In this document: positions 34,892-47,278 of the stretch, in pieces | How the letters are laid out: every line of letters starts with the position of its first letter | How positions within the stretch are numbered: the first letter of the stretch is position 1 | From: Phyllobates terribilis | Taxonomy: Eukaryota | Assembly: GCF_046119375.1 (NCBI RefSeq) | Contig: NW_027362761.1 | Span: 454,522,001-454,586,000 of the forward strand | Direction of reading: 5' to 3' | DNA length: 64,000 bases | Notes under the pieces: generated by a model | The model's input: the letters and a program-made list of their open reading frames with translations, nothing else | Told to the model about the DNA's origin: nothing | Databases searched by the model: none | Translations under genes and position numbers: made by a program

Positions 34892-37800
34892 TAGTGTTGA
34901 GCCACCCCCGTAGTGTTCGGGTTCGGTTCGGTTCGTCGAACACCGGGATGTTCGAGGAACTGTTCGTCGAACTGTTCGTCGAACACCTTAGAACACCGTC
35001 GAACACCGTTAAAACCAATGGCAGGCAAACAAAAACACATAGAAACACATAGAAAACACCTGCAAAGGTGTCCAAAAGCTGACAAACTGCTCAGAAGACA
35101 CTCTCTTTAAAAAAGCCGGCCGGCAAATTCAGCAGCGGCATACACCGGTACCCGACAATTTAGACAAGAAGGAATAGAGCATCACACATAGATTAGATAG
35201 ATAGAAACATGTCAGTCACACATATAAGAAGCACAGTGACAGTGTTGGTTACTGCACTTGTCATTTAGTGTAAAGGATTTATTAAAAAAAATATTAGTGT
35301 TTTCATGCACCGTCTCTTTAAAAAAGCCGGCCGGCAATTCAGCATCTGTACCCGACAATTTAGAACAGAAAGAATAGAGCTTCACACATAGATTAGATAG
35401 ATAGAAACATGTCAGTCACATATATAATAAGTACAGTGATAGTGTTGCTTACTGTACTTGTCATTTAGTGTAAAGGATTTATTTAAAAAAATAATAGTGT
35501 TTTCATGCACTGTCTCTTTAAAAAAGCCGGCCGGCAATTCAGCAGCGGTACCCGACAATTTATAACAGAAAGATAGAGCATCACACATAGATTAGATAGA
35601 TAGAAACATGTCAGTCACATATATATGAAGTACAGTGATAGTGTTGGTTACTGTACTTGTCATTTAGTATTAAAATAAAGGATTTATTATTAAAAAAATT
35701 GGCGTGGGGTTCCCCTTAATTTTAGTCTCTAGCGGAGGTTAAGCTGACGGCTGGGGCAGATGTTTGAAGCCTGGGAAGGGGGTAATACCCACGGAGCTTC
35801 CCAGGCTACTAATATCAGCCCCCAGCTGAATACATAGCCTTTACTAGCTATTAAAATGGGGGACCCCCCAAAAAAAATGACGTGGGGTCCCCCCTAATTT
35901 AATAGCTAGCAAAGGCTAGGCAGACAGCTGGGGGCTGATATTAATAGCCCAGGAAGGGAGCCATGAATATTGGCCCCCTCCCAGGCTAGAAACACCAGCC
36001 GTCAGCCGCCCCAGAAATGGCGCATTCATAGGATGCGCCAATTCTGGCACTTAGCCTCGCTCTTCCACGCTGCCCTGGTGCGGTGGCAGGGGGTAATAGG
36101 GTTGGGGTTGATGTCAGCTTATAATGCCAGCTGACATCAAGCCCAGGTTAGTAATGGAGAGGCGTCTATAAGACACCCCCATTACTAACCCCATAGTCAA
36201 AGTTAAAAAAAACACAAACACCCAGAATAAAGTCCTTTAATTGAAATAAAGACACAATCCTTTATTGTTCTAAATTAAACCATACTTACCATCACGCCCA
36301 TTCCAGCTGAAGCCAACGATCTCCTGCAATAAAAGAAAAATAATAAAGCAACCTCATCCTTACCTTTCCATGGTTCCCACGACAGCTTCAGCTCTGCTAC
36401 ATCGAGATGACAGGCTGGACCGCAGCAGAACGCTGCCATCCAGCCTGTCATCCCGCAGACACTGAGAAGCGCAGGCTTGCTTGCGCTGCTCAGCGTCTCT
36501 CTGTGACGACATCCAGATGAGCCGAGTTCATGTCCAATGAACTCGGCTCACCTCATGCACGTCACTGACAGCGTGGGAAAATTCTCACGCTGAAGCGGTG
36601 AGTGCAGGAGAATTCTCCCACGCTGTCAGTGACGTGCATAAGGTGAGCTCATTTTCATGCACGTCACTGACAGCGTGGGAGAATTCTCCTGCACTCAGCG
36701 CTTCAGTGTGAGAATTCTCCCACGCTGAAGCGCTGAGTGCAGGAGAATTTTCCCACGCTGTCAGTGACGTGCATGAGGTGAGCCGAGTTCATTGGACATT
36801 AACTCGGCTCATCTGGATGCCCTCACAGAGAGACACTGTGGAGCGCAAGCAAGCCTGCGCTTCTCAGTGTCTGCGGGATGACAGGCTGGATGGCAGCGTT
36901 CTGCTGCGGTCCAGCCTGTCATCTCGATGTAGCAGAGCTGAAGCTGTCATGGGAACCATGGAAAGGTAAGGATGATGTTGCTTTATTATTTTTCTTTTAT
37001 TTCAGGAGATCGTTGGCTTCAGCTGGAATGGGCGTGATGGTAAGTATGGTTTAATTTAGAACAATAAAGAATTGTGTGTTTATTTCAATTAAAGGACTTT
37101 TTTCTGGGTGTTGTGTTTTTTTTAAATACTTTACTAGAAATTCATGGTGGTCATGTCTAATATTGGCGTGACCCCATGAATTTCGGGCTTAGGGCCAGCT
37201 GATAATGCCAAGCTGGCCCTAACCCCTTTATTACCCAGTGAGCCACCGCATCAGGGCCCTGGATGAGTTGGGTACAGCGCCAGAAGATGGCGCTTCTATG
37301 AACGCGCCATTTTCCGGGGTGGCTGCGGAAAAAATTTAGAACAATAAAGGATTGTGTCTTTATTTCAATTAAAGGACTTTATTCTGGGTGTTTGTGTTTT
37401 TTTTAACTTTGACTATGGGGTTAGTAATGGGGGTGTCTTATAGACGCCTCTCCATTACTAACCTGGGCTTGATGTCAGCTGGCATTATAAGCTGACATCA
37501 ACCCCAACCCTATTACCCCCTGCCACTGCACCAGGGCAGCGTGGAAGAGCGAGGCTAAGTGCCAGAATTGGCGCATCCTATGAATGCGCCATTTCTGGGG
37601 CGGCTGACGGCTGGTGTTTCTAGCCTGGGAGGGGGCCAATATTCATGGCTCCCTTCCTGGGCTATTAATATCAGCCCCCAGCTGTCTGCCTAGCCTTTGC
37701 TAGCTATTAAATTAGGGGGGACCCCACGTCATTTTTTTTGGGGGGTCCCCCATTTTAATAGCTAGTAAAGGCTATGTATTCAGCTGGGGGCTGATATTAG

Positions 37801-38786
37801 TAGCCTGGGAAGCTCCGTGGGTATTACCCCCTTCCCAGGCTTCAAACATCTGCCCCAGCCGTCTGCTTAACCTCCGCTAGAGCCTAAAATTAAGGGGAAC
37901 CCCACGCCAATTTTTTTAATAATAAATCCTTTATTTTAATACTAAATGACAAGTACAGTAATCAACACTGTCACTGTACTTCATATATATGTGACTGACA
38001 TGTTTCTATCTATCTAATCTATGTGTGAAGCTCTATTCTGTCTGTTATAAATTGTCGGGTACAGATGCTGAATTGCCGGCCGGCTTTTTTAAAGAGACAG
38101 TGCATGAAAACACTATTATTTTTTTTGATAAATCCTTTACACTAAATGACAATTACAGTAAGCAACACTGTCACTGTGCTTCGTATATATATATGTCTGA
38201 CATGTTTCTATCTATCTAATCTATGTGTGATTCTCTATTCCTTCTATTCTAAATTGTCGGGTACAGATGCTGAATTGCCGGCCGGCTTTTTTAAAGAGAC
38301 GGTGCATGAAAACACTATTATTTTTTTTGACAAATCCTTTACGCTAAATGACAAGTACAGTAAGCAGCACTTTCACTGTACTTCGTATATATGTGGCTGA
38401 CATGTTTATATCTATCTAATCTATGTGTGAAGCTCTATTCTTTCGGTTCTAAATTGTCGGGTACCGGTGTATGCCGCTGCTGAATTGCCGGCTTTTCATG
38501 TTTCACTGTTGGCACTGTTCCCATCGATTTGGGCAATCGCTGTAATGCCACAACCACCATGGCTGTGGCATTACAGTGAGTGGCAGACAATCCCTGCATG
38601 ATTGGTGCTCTAAATAGCGCCAGACATGCAGGACACGCTTTTGGTGCACGAACAGTTATCGAACATAACCTCGAACAGCCGAATTTTTTGCAAATTGTTC
38701 GGGTTCGTCGAACAACTCGAACACCGCCCAAAACAGCTCGAATTTGAGATTGGCGAACAGTTCTAGTCGAACACCGCTCATCTCTA
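34892..38786 (+). mobile_element. Non-autonomous hAT derivative carrying a giant internal palindrome
   Basis: Ends tagtgttgagc / gctcatctcta; perfect 8-bp TSD ctaaggac; shares the left ~210 bp and right ~150 bp with the 39428-50484 element. Confidence 0.95.
35103..38495. repeat. ~3.4-kb inverted repeat with nested sub-palindromes at the centre and ~190-bp tandem repeats in the arms
   Basis: aaaagccggc...ggcatacaccggtacccgacaattt (35111-35160) mirrors 38451-38495; ccatggttccc (36368) mirrors gggaaccatgg (36951); centre near gagctc at ~36645-36650. Confidence 0.93.
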
Positions 38787-39004
38787 CTAAGGACCAGTTC
38801 CAAAAGATAAATCAGAAATCTACTGCTGTGGAGTTTATTACACATAGCAGGCAATCCAATGCCATAATCCATGGATGTATACAAAGAATATATTAAAATA
38901 TGCCAATATAACATCACGTGAGATGTCAATCTGTTATAATTTACATAATAAATTTGTAGTATCTCAAGCAAAAGCGGATGTCTTTCTAGCCAATGGACTA
39001 CGCA

Positions 39005-39315
39005 TAGTGATGAGCGAGTATGTTCGGTTAACCCTTTCGGCAAGTATACTCAGGCGAGTACCGAGTATCTTCGGCGTACTTTGTGATATGTTTGAATCAC
39101 TCCCATGTGCATGATTTACCGCTGTTTGACAGCTTTAATACATGTGAGGAATGCGAGAGAAACAAGCATTCCTCACATGTATTAAAGCTGTCAAACAGTC
39201 GCAAATCATGCACATGGGAGTGATTCACACATATCACCGAGTACGCTGAAGATACTTGGTACTCGCCCGAGTATACTCGCCAAAAGGGTTAACCGAACAT
39301 ACTCGCTCATCACTA
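39005..39315. mobile_element. 311-bp palindromic hAT MITE
   Basis: tagtgatgagcgagta ... tactcgctcatcacta; TSD actacgca/actacgta (7 of 8). Confidence 0.92.
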
Positions 39316-40574
39316 ACTACGTACCCAATGTAATAAGATCCATAAATTACTAAACACAGACCCTGAACCTGATACGGTAGGATGACCTGATGGTGGTGGG
39401 TCTTTTAGAGATTTGTGTATTTATGGTTAGCGTTGAGCCACCCCCGTAGTGTTCGAGTTCGGTTCGGTTTGTCGAACACCCTTGTGTTCGCCGAACTGTT
39501 CGTCGAACTGTTCGTCGAACACCTTCGAACACCGTTAAAACCAATGGCAGGCAAACGAAAACACATGGAAACACATAGAAAACACCTTCAAAGGTGTCCA
39601 AAAGCTGACAAACTGCTCAGAAGACATAACTAACACATGGAAAAGTGACAAGTACATATAGTCATGCGAAAAGAAAAGAGGTGGAGGAGTAAAAGGAGGG
39701 GGAGACACAGATATAGGCATGTCATGCCCTTCTAAAATCCAAAAAGTGAGAAGCCGACATGGCCAGTCCGTTCCTGCCCGTGCCACCTCCGTGTCGCCGG
39801 GTTTGTGCCAGAGCCGCGGTGGACCCTGATGGCCAGCCCCCCTCTCCCAATACTGGTGCCTGTCCGCTGGTGGGTCGAGCCCCCCCGCGGTGGGGGGGGA
39901 GTAACATCTGCAGAAGAAAGACCATCTTCCAGCCAAACTAACATGTCGACTTCTTTTCGTGGACAATGTGATACGATCCCTTCGTTACGGACACGCCCAT
40001 CGCTACAAATTCCAGATGAGGCACAAAAACAGCAGGTGCTTCAGCGGATATCAAGTGCTTCTTCAAGTGGGCTCTCCTCCACCTCAATTTCAACATCACA
40101 AATACTCCAGTCCTCAGAGGTGTCACCCCAATCGCACTTGCTTCCTCACAGCTCCCAAGTCTCCAGCTGCCCGTCTGAGTATGGGGTAACACAGATGGTT
40201 GAGTCTGCAGAGCTGTTCACTCATACTATAGCCTGGGAAACGGAGGTCTGCTCCAGAGCTTCTGTTAATCCAGATGAGGAAATGATCTGCACTGATGCCC
40301 AGAATCTTTATAAGTCGGATCCAGGACCAGATGAAGAAGGTTCTGAGCATAATGTAGACCCTCGTTCCCAAACTGTAACTCCTGTTGGTGGAGACAATGA
40401 TGAAGACAATGATGAGACTCAAATACCTGATTGGAGCGACAACTTGACCTTTCGGTCAGGGCAGGAAGAGGTTGGCTTTGAGGACGACGGGTGTGATAAC
40501 ACACAGGGTGATGATGACAAGGTTGGAGATCCCACTTACTGTCAACCCACAGTCACCCAGTCGATGAGGTCACC

Positions 40575-41680
40575 CGGGCCTTTGCCTGGCCTTGGGGATG
40601 TCGCGGTGATCGGCTCCCTGGCCCGTACCCTGGGGTCACTCTTTAAAAGGGTGGATAATTGTTAATTTTATAAGAGTTCGTGACGCCACCTGTGGTATCT
40701 GGTGAGAAGCACCAGCGCTGCAGCAGTCCACTGAGGCCCTTGATAAGGCAGCTCGATGGTATAGCTCCCCACAGGTGGAGCTAGGTCTCAGGGCAGCGTA
40801 TGCAGGGGGAATGCAGGACAGGCGAGACCCAGCTGGGTCAGAGCAAGAACGGGAACGGACACGGTAGTCACTTCAGTACCTTTTACTGGAGGAAATTCAG
40901 GCACCTCCCGGAGCACTGTAGGGTGAAGGGTGCATATCAGGATCCTCCCCAATGAGCGGGTGTAGGGCCTCCTGTTTCTTGCCTCTGTGTAGTAAGTTTC
41001 TGACCTGCCTGGAGCTAGGCCTAACTTTGTCTCTGTCCTGCGCTGGCTGACCTTGTGGTAGGGCCTTCTCTTGGAGTTCACGCTCCCAGTATGCGGGGCC
41101 TAAGCGTCTCCTGGCTCTGTTACGTATCAGCACCTTAGCGATCCTGGGACTTGTAGTTCTCCAGGGATTCCGGTTATGCCTTACTGGGTCATAGAGATCC
41201 CCGTAAGCTCGGATCCGGTGTCCGGTAAATGCTTCGGGGTGAGCTGGTTAAGCTCCTCTGCCCCTTATGTACTAACTCGCCACTCGCCTTCGGCCTACTC
41301 GGGCCCTCACTAGGCTATACACACTAACGGCAGCTTGCCGCGCTTCACTGATCTTATGGCGCCGGCACACCTTAAGCTCTATCTGGGCTCCCTGAATCTA
41401 GCTAGCAGGAGCCTCATGCTCCACTGCTGAACTATTAACTGAGTTCTCTAGACTAGACTGAGCTCCACTGCAGGCTGACCTCTCTAAGGCTTCTCTACTG
41501 CAGGAACTCTTCAGAGGAACTGAACTGCCTAGCTCTACCTTCCCTATTTATATCCCTAACGGGCTCCCTCTGCTGGTCTGAGGTGGAAGGTGGAGATGTG
41601 TGAATGTTTATGGGGGCCTCTTGTGGAGGATTCCATCAATACACTCTTCTAGGATCTGTGATACCAAGCGCAGCGTCACA
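40575..41680 (-). mobile_element. LTR-like insertion (~1.1 kb) in the hAT ORF
   Basis: Related to 43389-44575 (gacgccacctgtgg, ccacagg...cagggcag, cctatttata); minus-strand 5' end tgtgacgc; left boundary approximate; no TSD seen. Confidence 0.55.
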
Positions 41681-43388
41681 GATGCTATTGACGACGAGGT
41701 TAGGTTGCGCCTTCCTGGACAGAGACGGAGTACTGGAAGCACGTCAACAACTGCATCCTCAACCACAACTCTGCCTCTGACCACAAGTCGTAGTAGCTCT
41801 TCAGGTCGAATGGGCTCTAAGCCTTGCATAGCCTGGGCATTTACTCAGATCGATAAGGATGACCCAACTCGTGTTATCTGTAATATTTGTCACCAAAAGC
41901 TAAGTAGAGGCCAAAAAATCCATAGTTTGAGTACTTCATGCATGTACCGTCACATGGATATGAAGCATAAGTTGCAGTGGGAAGATCACTGTGCTACAAT
42001 GCGGCCTAGCAGGCTGGGCCAACCACCGTCTGCCCCATCTTGTGCATCCGCGGCCTCTTCATCCTCTGTTTTTGGACGCAGACCTGCCACCTCTTTACCT
42101 GCAACAGCCAGTGTGATTGGCAGGTCGTCAGTTCATTGGGAAGTGGAAACACCTGCTGGTGTTGAGCGCTCTCTGACATCGAGAGCACCACCTTTGGATC
42201 AAGGCAACCTAACATGTCCGCCTGCATCTTCCTCACAGACCGGCAGTTTGCCGGGGACACCCTACTCAACCCCGTCAAAGCACAACAGCCAGCCCTCGGT
42301 CCCTCAGATGTGGAAAAGTAAAAGACCGTTTCCTCCTAGCCATGAGAAAGCTAAGAGGTTGAATTTCACCTGCAAGCTGTTGGCTACAGAAATGCTGCCT
42401 TTCCGCCTGGAGGACACAGTGGATTTTCGAGACCTTATGTCCGTCGCAGTGCCCCAGTACCAGATGCCCAGTCGGCACTACTTCTCAAAGAAAGGTGTGC
42501 CTGCGCTCCACCAGCATGTCGCACACACATCACCGCTTCTTTGAGAAACTCTGTGTGTGACAGGGTGCATTTCACCACAGACACTTGGACGAGTAGGCAT
42601 GGACAGGGGCGTTACATGTCGCTGACTGGGCACTGGGTAACTATGGTGACAGCAGGACAAGGGGCTGCTGTCCAAGTCTTACCGTCCCCACGAGTTTTGC
42701 GTCAATCCTCTTTATCTCGAAGTTCCTCCAGTGCTTCTGCCTCCTCAACCTCCTCTTGGTCCTCCACCTGCACCCAAAGCCTGTCTGGTAATGCCACCTG
42801 CTTTCTAACTGCGCAGAAGGAATCCTGCACACCTCCTTACTATGCTGGCAGCAGGGCTCAACGGCATCAGTGTTTACTTTGAAATGTCTGGGAAATGTGA
42901 GTCACACAGCTGAGGACTTGTGGTCAGCTCTGGAGACCCAGTTTCATGAAAGGTTGTCTCCACTGGACCTGCAACCAGGGAAGGCCGTGTGCGACAATGC
43001 TGCAAACCTGGGTGCGGCCCTTCGCCGGGGCAATGTCACACACGTGCCTTGTATGGCTCACGTGTTAAACCTGGTTGTCCATAAATTTTTAGCCCACTAT
43101 CCCGGACTAGATGGCCTTCTGCAGAGGGCACGGTCGCTGTGTGCTCACTTCCGCCGTTCGCATCCCGCAGCTCAACGACTTACATCCCTACAGAAGTCGT
43201 TGGGCCTGCCAGTTCACCGGCTGAAATGCGATGTGCCGACACGGTGGAATTCAACTCTGCACATGTTGCAGCGACTGTGGCAGCACCGACAAGCTCTGGT
43301 GCAATACGTTCTGACGTATAGCCTGTGCCAACGAGATCCAGAGGTGGGGCAAATCACGCTGCAGGAGTGGTCTCAGATCAGGGACCTA

Positions 43389-44575
43389 TGAAGTTGACGC
43401 GCCTCCTGGGCCGTGGGGTACCCTGAGCCGGGCCGGTAGACGCTGGGGGTTGTAGTCACTGTGGCGGTGACCCGGTCCGTGACCCAGGGCGGTCAATCCA
43501 ATGGTAATTTGTATATATGGATTTTATAATGTCCGACTACGTCACCTGTGGAGTGCGGCCAAAGGGGCCGCCGCTGCGGAACAGTCCTCTGAAGCTGGTG
43601 GTTTTGCAGCAATGCTATTACTCACCACAGGAAGAGTGTAGCTTCAGGGCAGTGTGGGTGGATGATGGTGATTGTAGTGCAGGGAGTCAGTAATGAACAA
43701 AGAGTCCGTGTGATGCAGTCCCAGGATCTTTACTCACAGTTGTTGCAGTCCAGATTACAGGTACCAGAGCAATCTCACCCGTCATGCTGTGCGTACTCAG
43801 TGAAGGGCTCAGTCCACCCCCAGATAGCTCCGGAGTACTTAGCAGGACCCCCTTCTGTGTGTCCTTTCTCTGGCCTTCTCCCTGCACCTCACAACCAGTG
43901 ACACTTCTATCCGGTATCCTCGGGCCTTGGCGGGCGACTTGTGTTCCGTCCCCTGGGTCCTATGTGGCTACCTTCTTAGTGAGACTGGTGTGGACTTTTG
44001 CCTGCAGTACATGAAATGCTGCAGCCTCCGGTTTCTAGTTGAGCCTTGCTGTTTCTCCTCTAGTTGAGGGACCGGTTCCCCTTATCTGGCCTGACCCCTC
44101 TACCTCCTGGTAGCAGCAGGAGTACGGGTGGCCTTCTGCACGGCCCGTAGCCCTAGGGTCCCTTCGGTTCCTGGAGCCTTCCTGCTCCCACTCCTCTCTT
44201 CTCTCCTTCAGTCCTGGGCCTCCCAGGCTAGGCCCGCCTCCGGAGCAGAGCTCATGCCGAGCCTCTGCTCCTGTCACTTTTCCTCCTCTGACTGGCTTGC
44301 TCTTTCTAAGATGGATTCCTATTTATACTCTCCCTGTCATGTGCTCCCCTAAGCTGCTCCCCTAAGCACCCACTACATAGGACCCTCCCACCAGCTAGGG
44401 ACCTGGGACTGTGCTCTCCCTTAGGAGCAATCTTGCCCTACCCCCACTGCGGGTATGTGTTGGATGCAGGTGTTAGGGTCCCGAGCCATACGCCTTCCTT
44501 ACTTGCGGGTGAGATACCACACCTCTGGGTGAGATGCAGTAACTCTGTGGCGACTGAACCCTCAGGGGCGCCACA
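43389..44575 (-). mobile_element. Solo-LTR-like insertion (~1.19 kb) in the hAT ORF
   Basis: hAT sequence stops at gggaccta and resumes at cacccttctgcac. Minus strand starts tgtggcgccc, with TATAAATAGG ~250 bp in. Homologous to 63561-64000. No TSD. Confidence 0.7.
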
Positions 44576-46628
44576 CACCCTTCTGCACAGTTTTGAAATG
44601 GCGACGAAGATGTTTAGTGCTGACGACGATGCCATTATCAGCACCACTATTCCGGTGATTTACATGCTGGAGCACACATTAAACAGAATTCAGAGTCAGG
44701 TGGTGGGACAAGAGTAGGTGGAGGAAGTAGAGGAGTAGTTGTATGCGGAAGGGATAACATCTCCAAGGTCCAGACGGTTGGCAGCACCAAGGCGGCAGGC
44801 ATGGGAGGGTGGGGGAGAGGGATTAACCAGGGCGCATGGTAGCAGACAAACTGTTGAGGAAGGTGCAGGAGCCGAGGAAGAAGTGGAGGATGAACTGGCG
44901 ATGGGCATGGAAGACTCATCAGATGAGGGAGACCTTGATCACATTTCTGTTGTGCGAGGTTGGGGGGAGAGGGCAGAGGAAGGAAGCATGATTCTTACCT
45001 CGCTACCAACACAACAAGGACTTGGTCCTCCTGGATGCGCAAGACACATGAGTGCCTTCTTGCTGCACTACCTGCAACATGACCCTCAGATTGCAGAATT
45101 CGAAGTAATCCCGACTACTGGGTTGCCACACTCTTAGATCCCCGGTACAAAAGTAAATTTGCCGAAATAATTCCTGCCATAAAAAGGGATTGACGCATGC
45201 AGGAGTATCTGCAGACGCTGTTGCAGAATCTTACATGTGCTTTTCCACAAAACACCAGTGGTGCAAGAAGTGAATCTCACAGTTCTAACTTGCCAACCGT
45301 GGGACTGTCGAGTCTTTATCACTCAAACCGTAACAGTAACACAGTATCTGCTGGTAACAGCAATTTTGTGGAATCGTTTCACCACTTTTTTAGACCATCC
45401 TTTGCAAGGCCACAGGAGACAAGAAGTATGACACATAGTCAATGCCTAGAGAGGATGGTGCAGGAGTATCTCCAAGTGAACATCGAAGCCATGACTGTGT
45501 CACTGGACCCTTGCTCATTATGGTATTCCAATCTGGAAAAATGGCTGGAGCTCGCCACTCACGCCTTGGAGATCTTGTCATGCCCTGCAGCCAGTGTTCT
45601 CTCTGAACGTGTGTTCAGCGCTGCTGATGGTGTGCTGACAGATAAGCGCACGCGGCTGTCCACTGAGAATGTAGACAGACTCACGTTCATAAAGATGAAC
45701 AAATCATGGATTCGCAAGGACTTTTCTAACCCTGTGTTATCCTTGGGAGACTAAAAGCTTGAGGATTTGGTCATAACACCTCACCAACCGTTTTAAGCAA
45801 CTGTGGGGCAATTGATGCCACTTAACCCTAGAACGCATGACCATAAAAATCTACACTTTCATATACCTGGGGCCTTTTAGGCCCGTGTGCAAATAACATG
45901 GAATAACTCAAACTCAAATGACAAACAACTATATACATGAAGAATACCTAGAGTTTCAAAATTCTAGCGAAAGTAATCTTGCAGAAAATAGAAAACAATT
46001 AACAGGGCGGGACTGCGAGGCCCCAGGTATGCGTTCTAGGGTTAAGTGGTGTCTGGGCCACAATTTTGGGAAAAAATGGAGACTCTTTTTGGAGTCCCCT
46101 TGCTGTGTCTTACGTGACGTTGGCATCGTCAATTCCAGGTGGGTTGGGTCGCCCCCCCCCCCTTTTAACTGTAAGAAACTACATACACTATGGCTTGGGG
46201 TAACACAGATGGTTGAGTCTGAAGAGCTGTTTACTCAGAGGTCTGCTCCAAATCTTCAGTGTCTGCTAGTCAGCGTAGAATTTTTAACTGCATCTAGCCT
46301 AGGCAATACTTTGGGCGTAGTAGCCCAGCTGCGAAGCAAGCTGCACCGCCTGTGTATCTAATAAGAATTTTTAAATGCATCTAGCCTAGGCAGACTGTGG
46401 GGACCCCAACCAAACCCAGACGCTCAGCCCCCCTACCGCCCCCCTTTCCTTGACAATACAATAATGTAACTCTTCCAACTGGATGGGTGAGGATCGGTTT
46501 ATTAACTCTTTATACTCATTCCATTAGAAAGGCATTTTATTTCTAAAATAATTCAGCTTGTTGCAGCATGCCCTGGGTCTCCACTCCGGCAACTTGGCCA
46601 ACAAGTGTAACTCTCCAACATGTCCTTT

Positions 46629-47275
46629 CTATTTCCAGGCCACGGAGGATCCTGCGTACTCGTATGCAGGACTCTGACCCCCACCCATCACTCTTAACGC
46701 TTGTTCCACTCCATCCTGGAGTCCTGACAGGAATATGTCCAGTCCAATATCCATTAAGTGAACACCGTCAGGCCGTATGAGGCCTGCTTTATCTCCTTCC
46801 AGTTGTCGGTGTCGTACCACTACACCGCCTCTGTCTCTTCTAAATTTTGCCATCCGAATATTTATTACCCGCCTTGTCCGTTCGATGGCCGTGATGTCTC
46901 GCGCACCTTGCCATACCGCTATTGGCACAATCTCTGACCATACTATAGCTAGTTTTGTGAAAAATTCTCTGAAGCGCTCAGTGTCTAGTTTCATTATTGC
47001 CATTAGTTATGCGCTCTTGTGATGACCTATGTTGTTTCCCCCGGCCTGTATAACTAAGATGACCGGACATCTTGCCTCTCTCCCTACCTTGATTACCTCC
47101 ATTAGTACCTGTGGCCATAGCAGGCCTCTAATACCTCTCCAGTTGAAATATGTGTTATGAAACTCTAATTTCCTCCCGCCTGGGCGGACTTTCGCCCTTT
47201 TTTCTGCCCAATATATATACGAGTGGCCTATCACCCACACTATTGGCTTAGCGTCACCTGTGAAAGAAACAAACC
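46629..47275 (-). pseudogene. SGNH/GDSL hydrolase domain downstream of YR; one in-frame stop at 47007-47009
   Basis: VWVIGHSYIYW (block I Ser), RGIRG, AGGNN (block III), DGVHL (block V His). Confidence 0.8.
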
Positions 47276-47278
47276 ACG

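Larger units (their letters stand above)
39900..45754 (+). pseudogene. hAT transposase with BED zinc finger, disrupted by frameshifts, stops and two LTR-like insertions
   Basis: AWAFTQIDKDDPTRVICNICHQKLSRG...CMYRHMDMKH (BED); TTDTWTS; CDNAANL; CMAH; RWNS; SERVFS...RTRLSTENVDRLTFIKMN. Confidence 0.9.
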
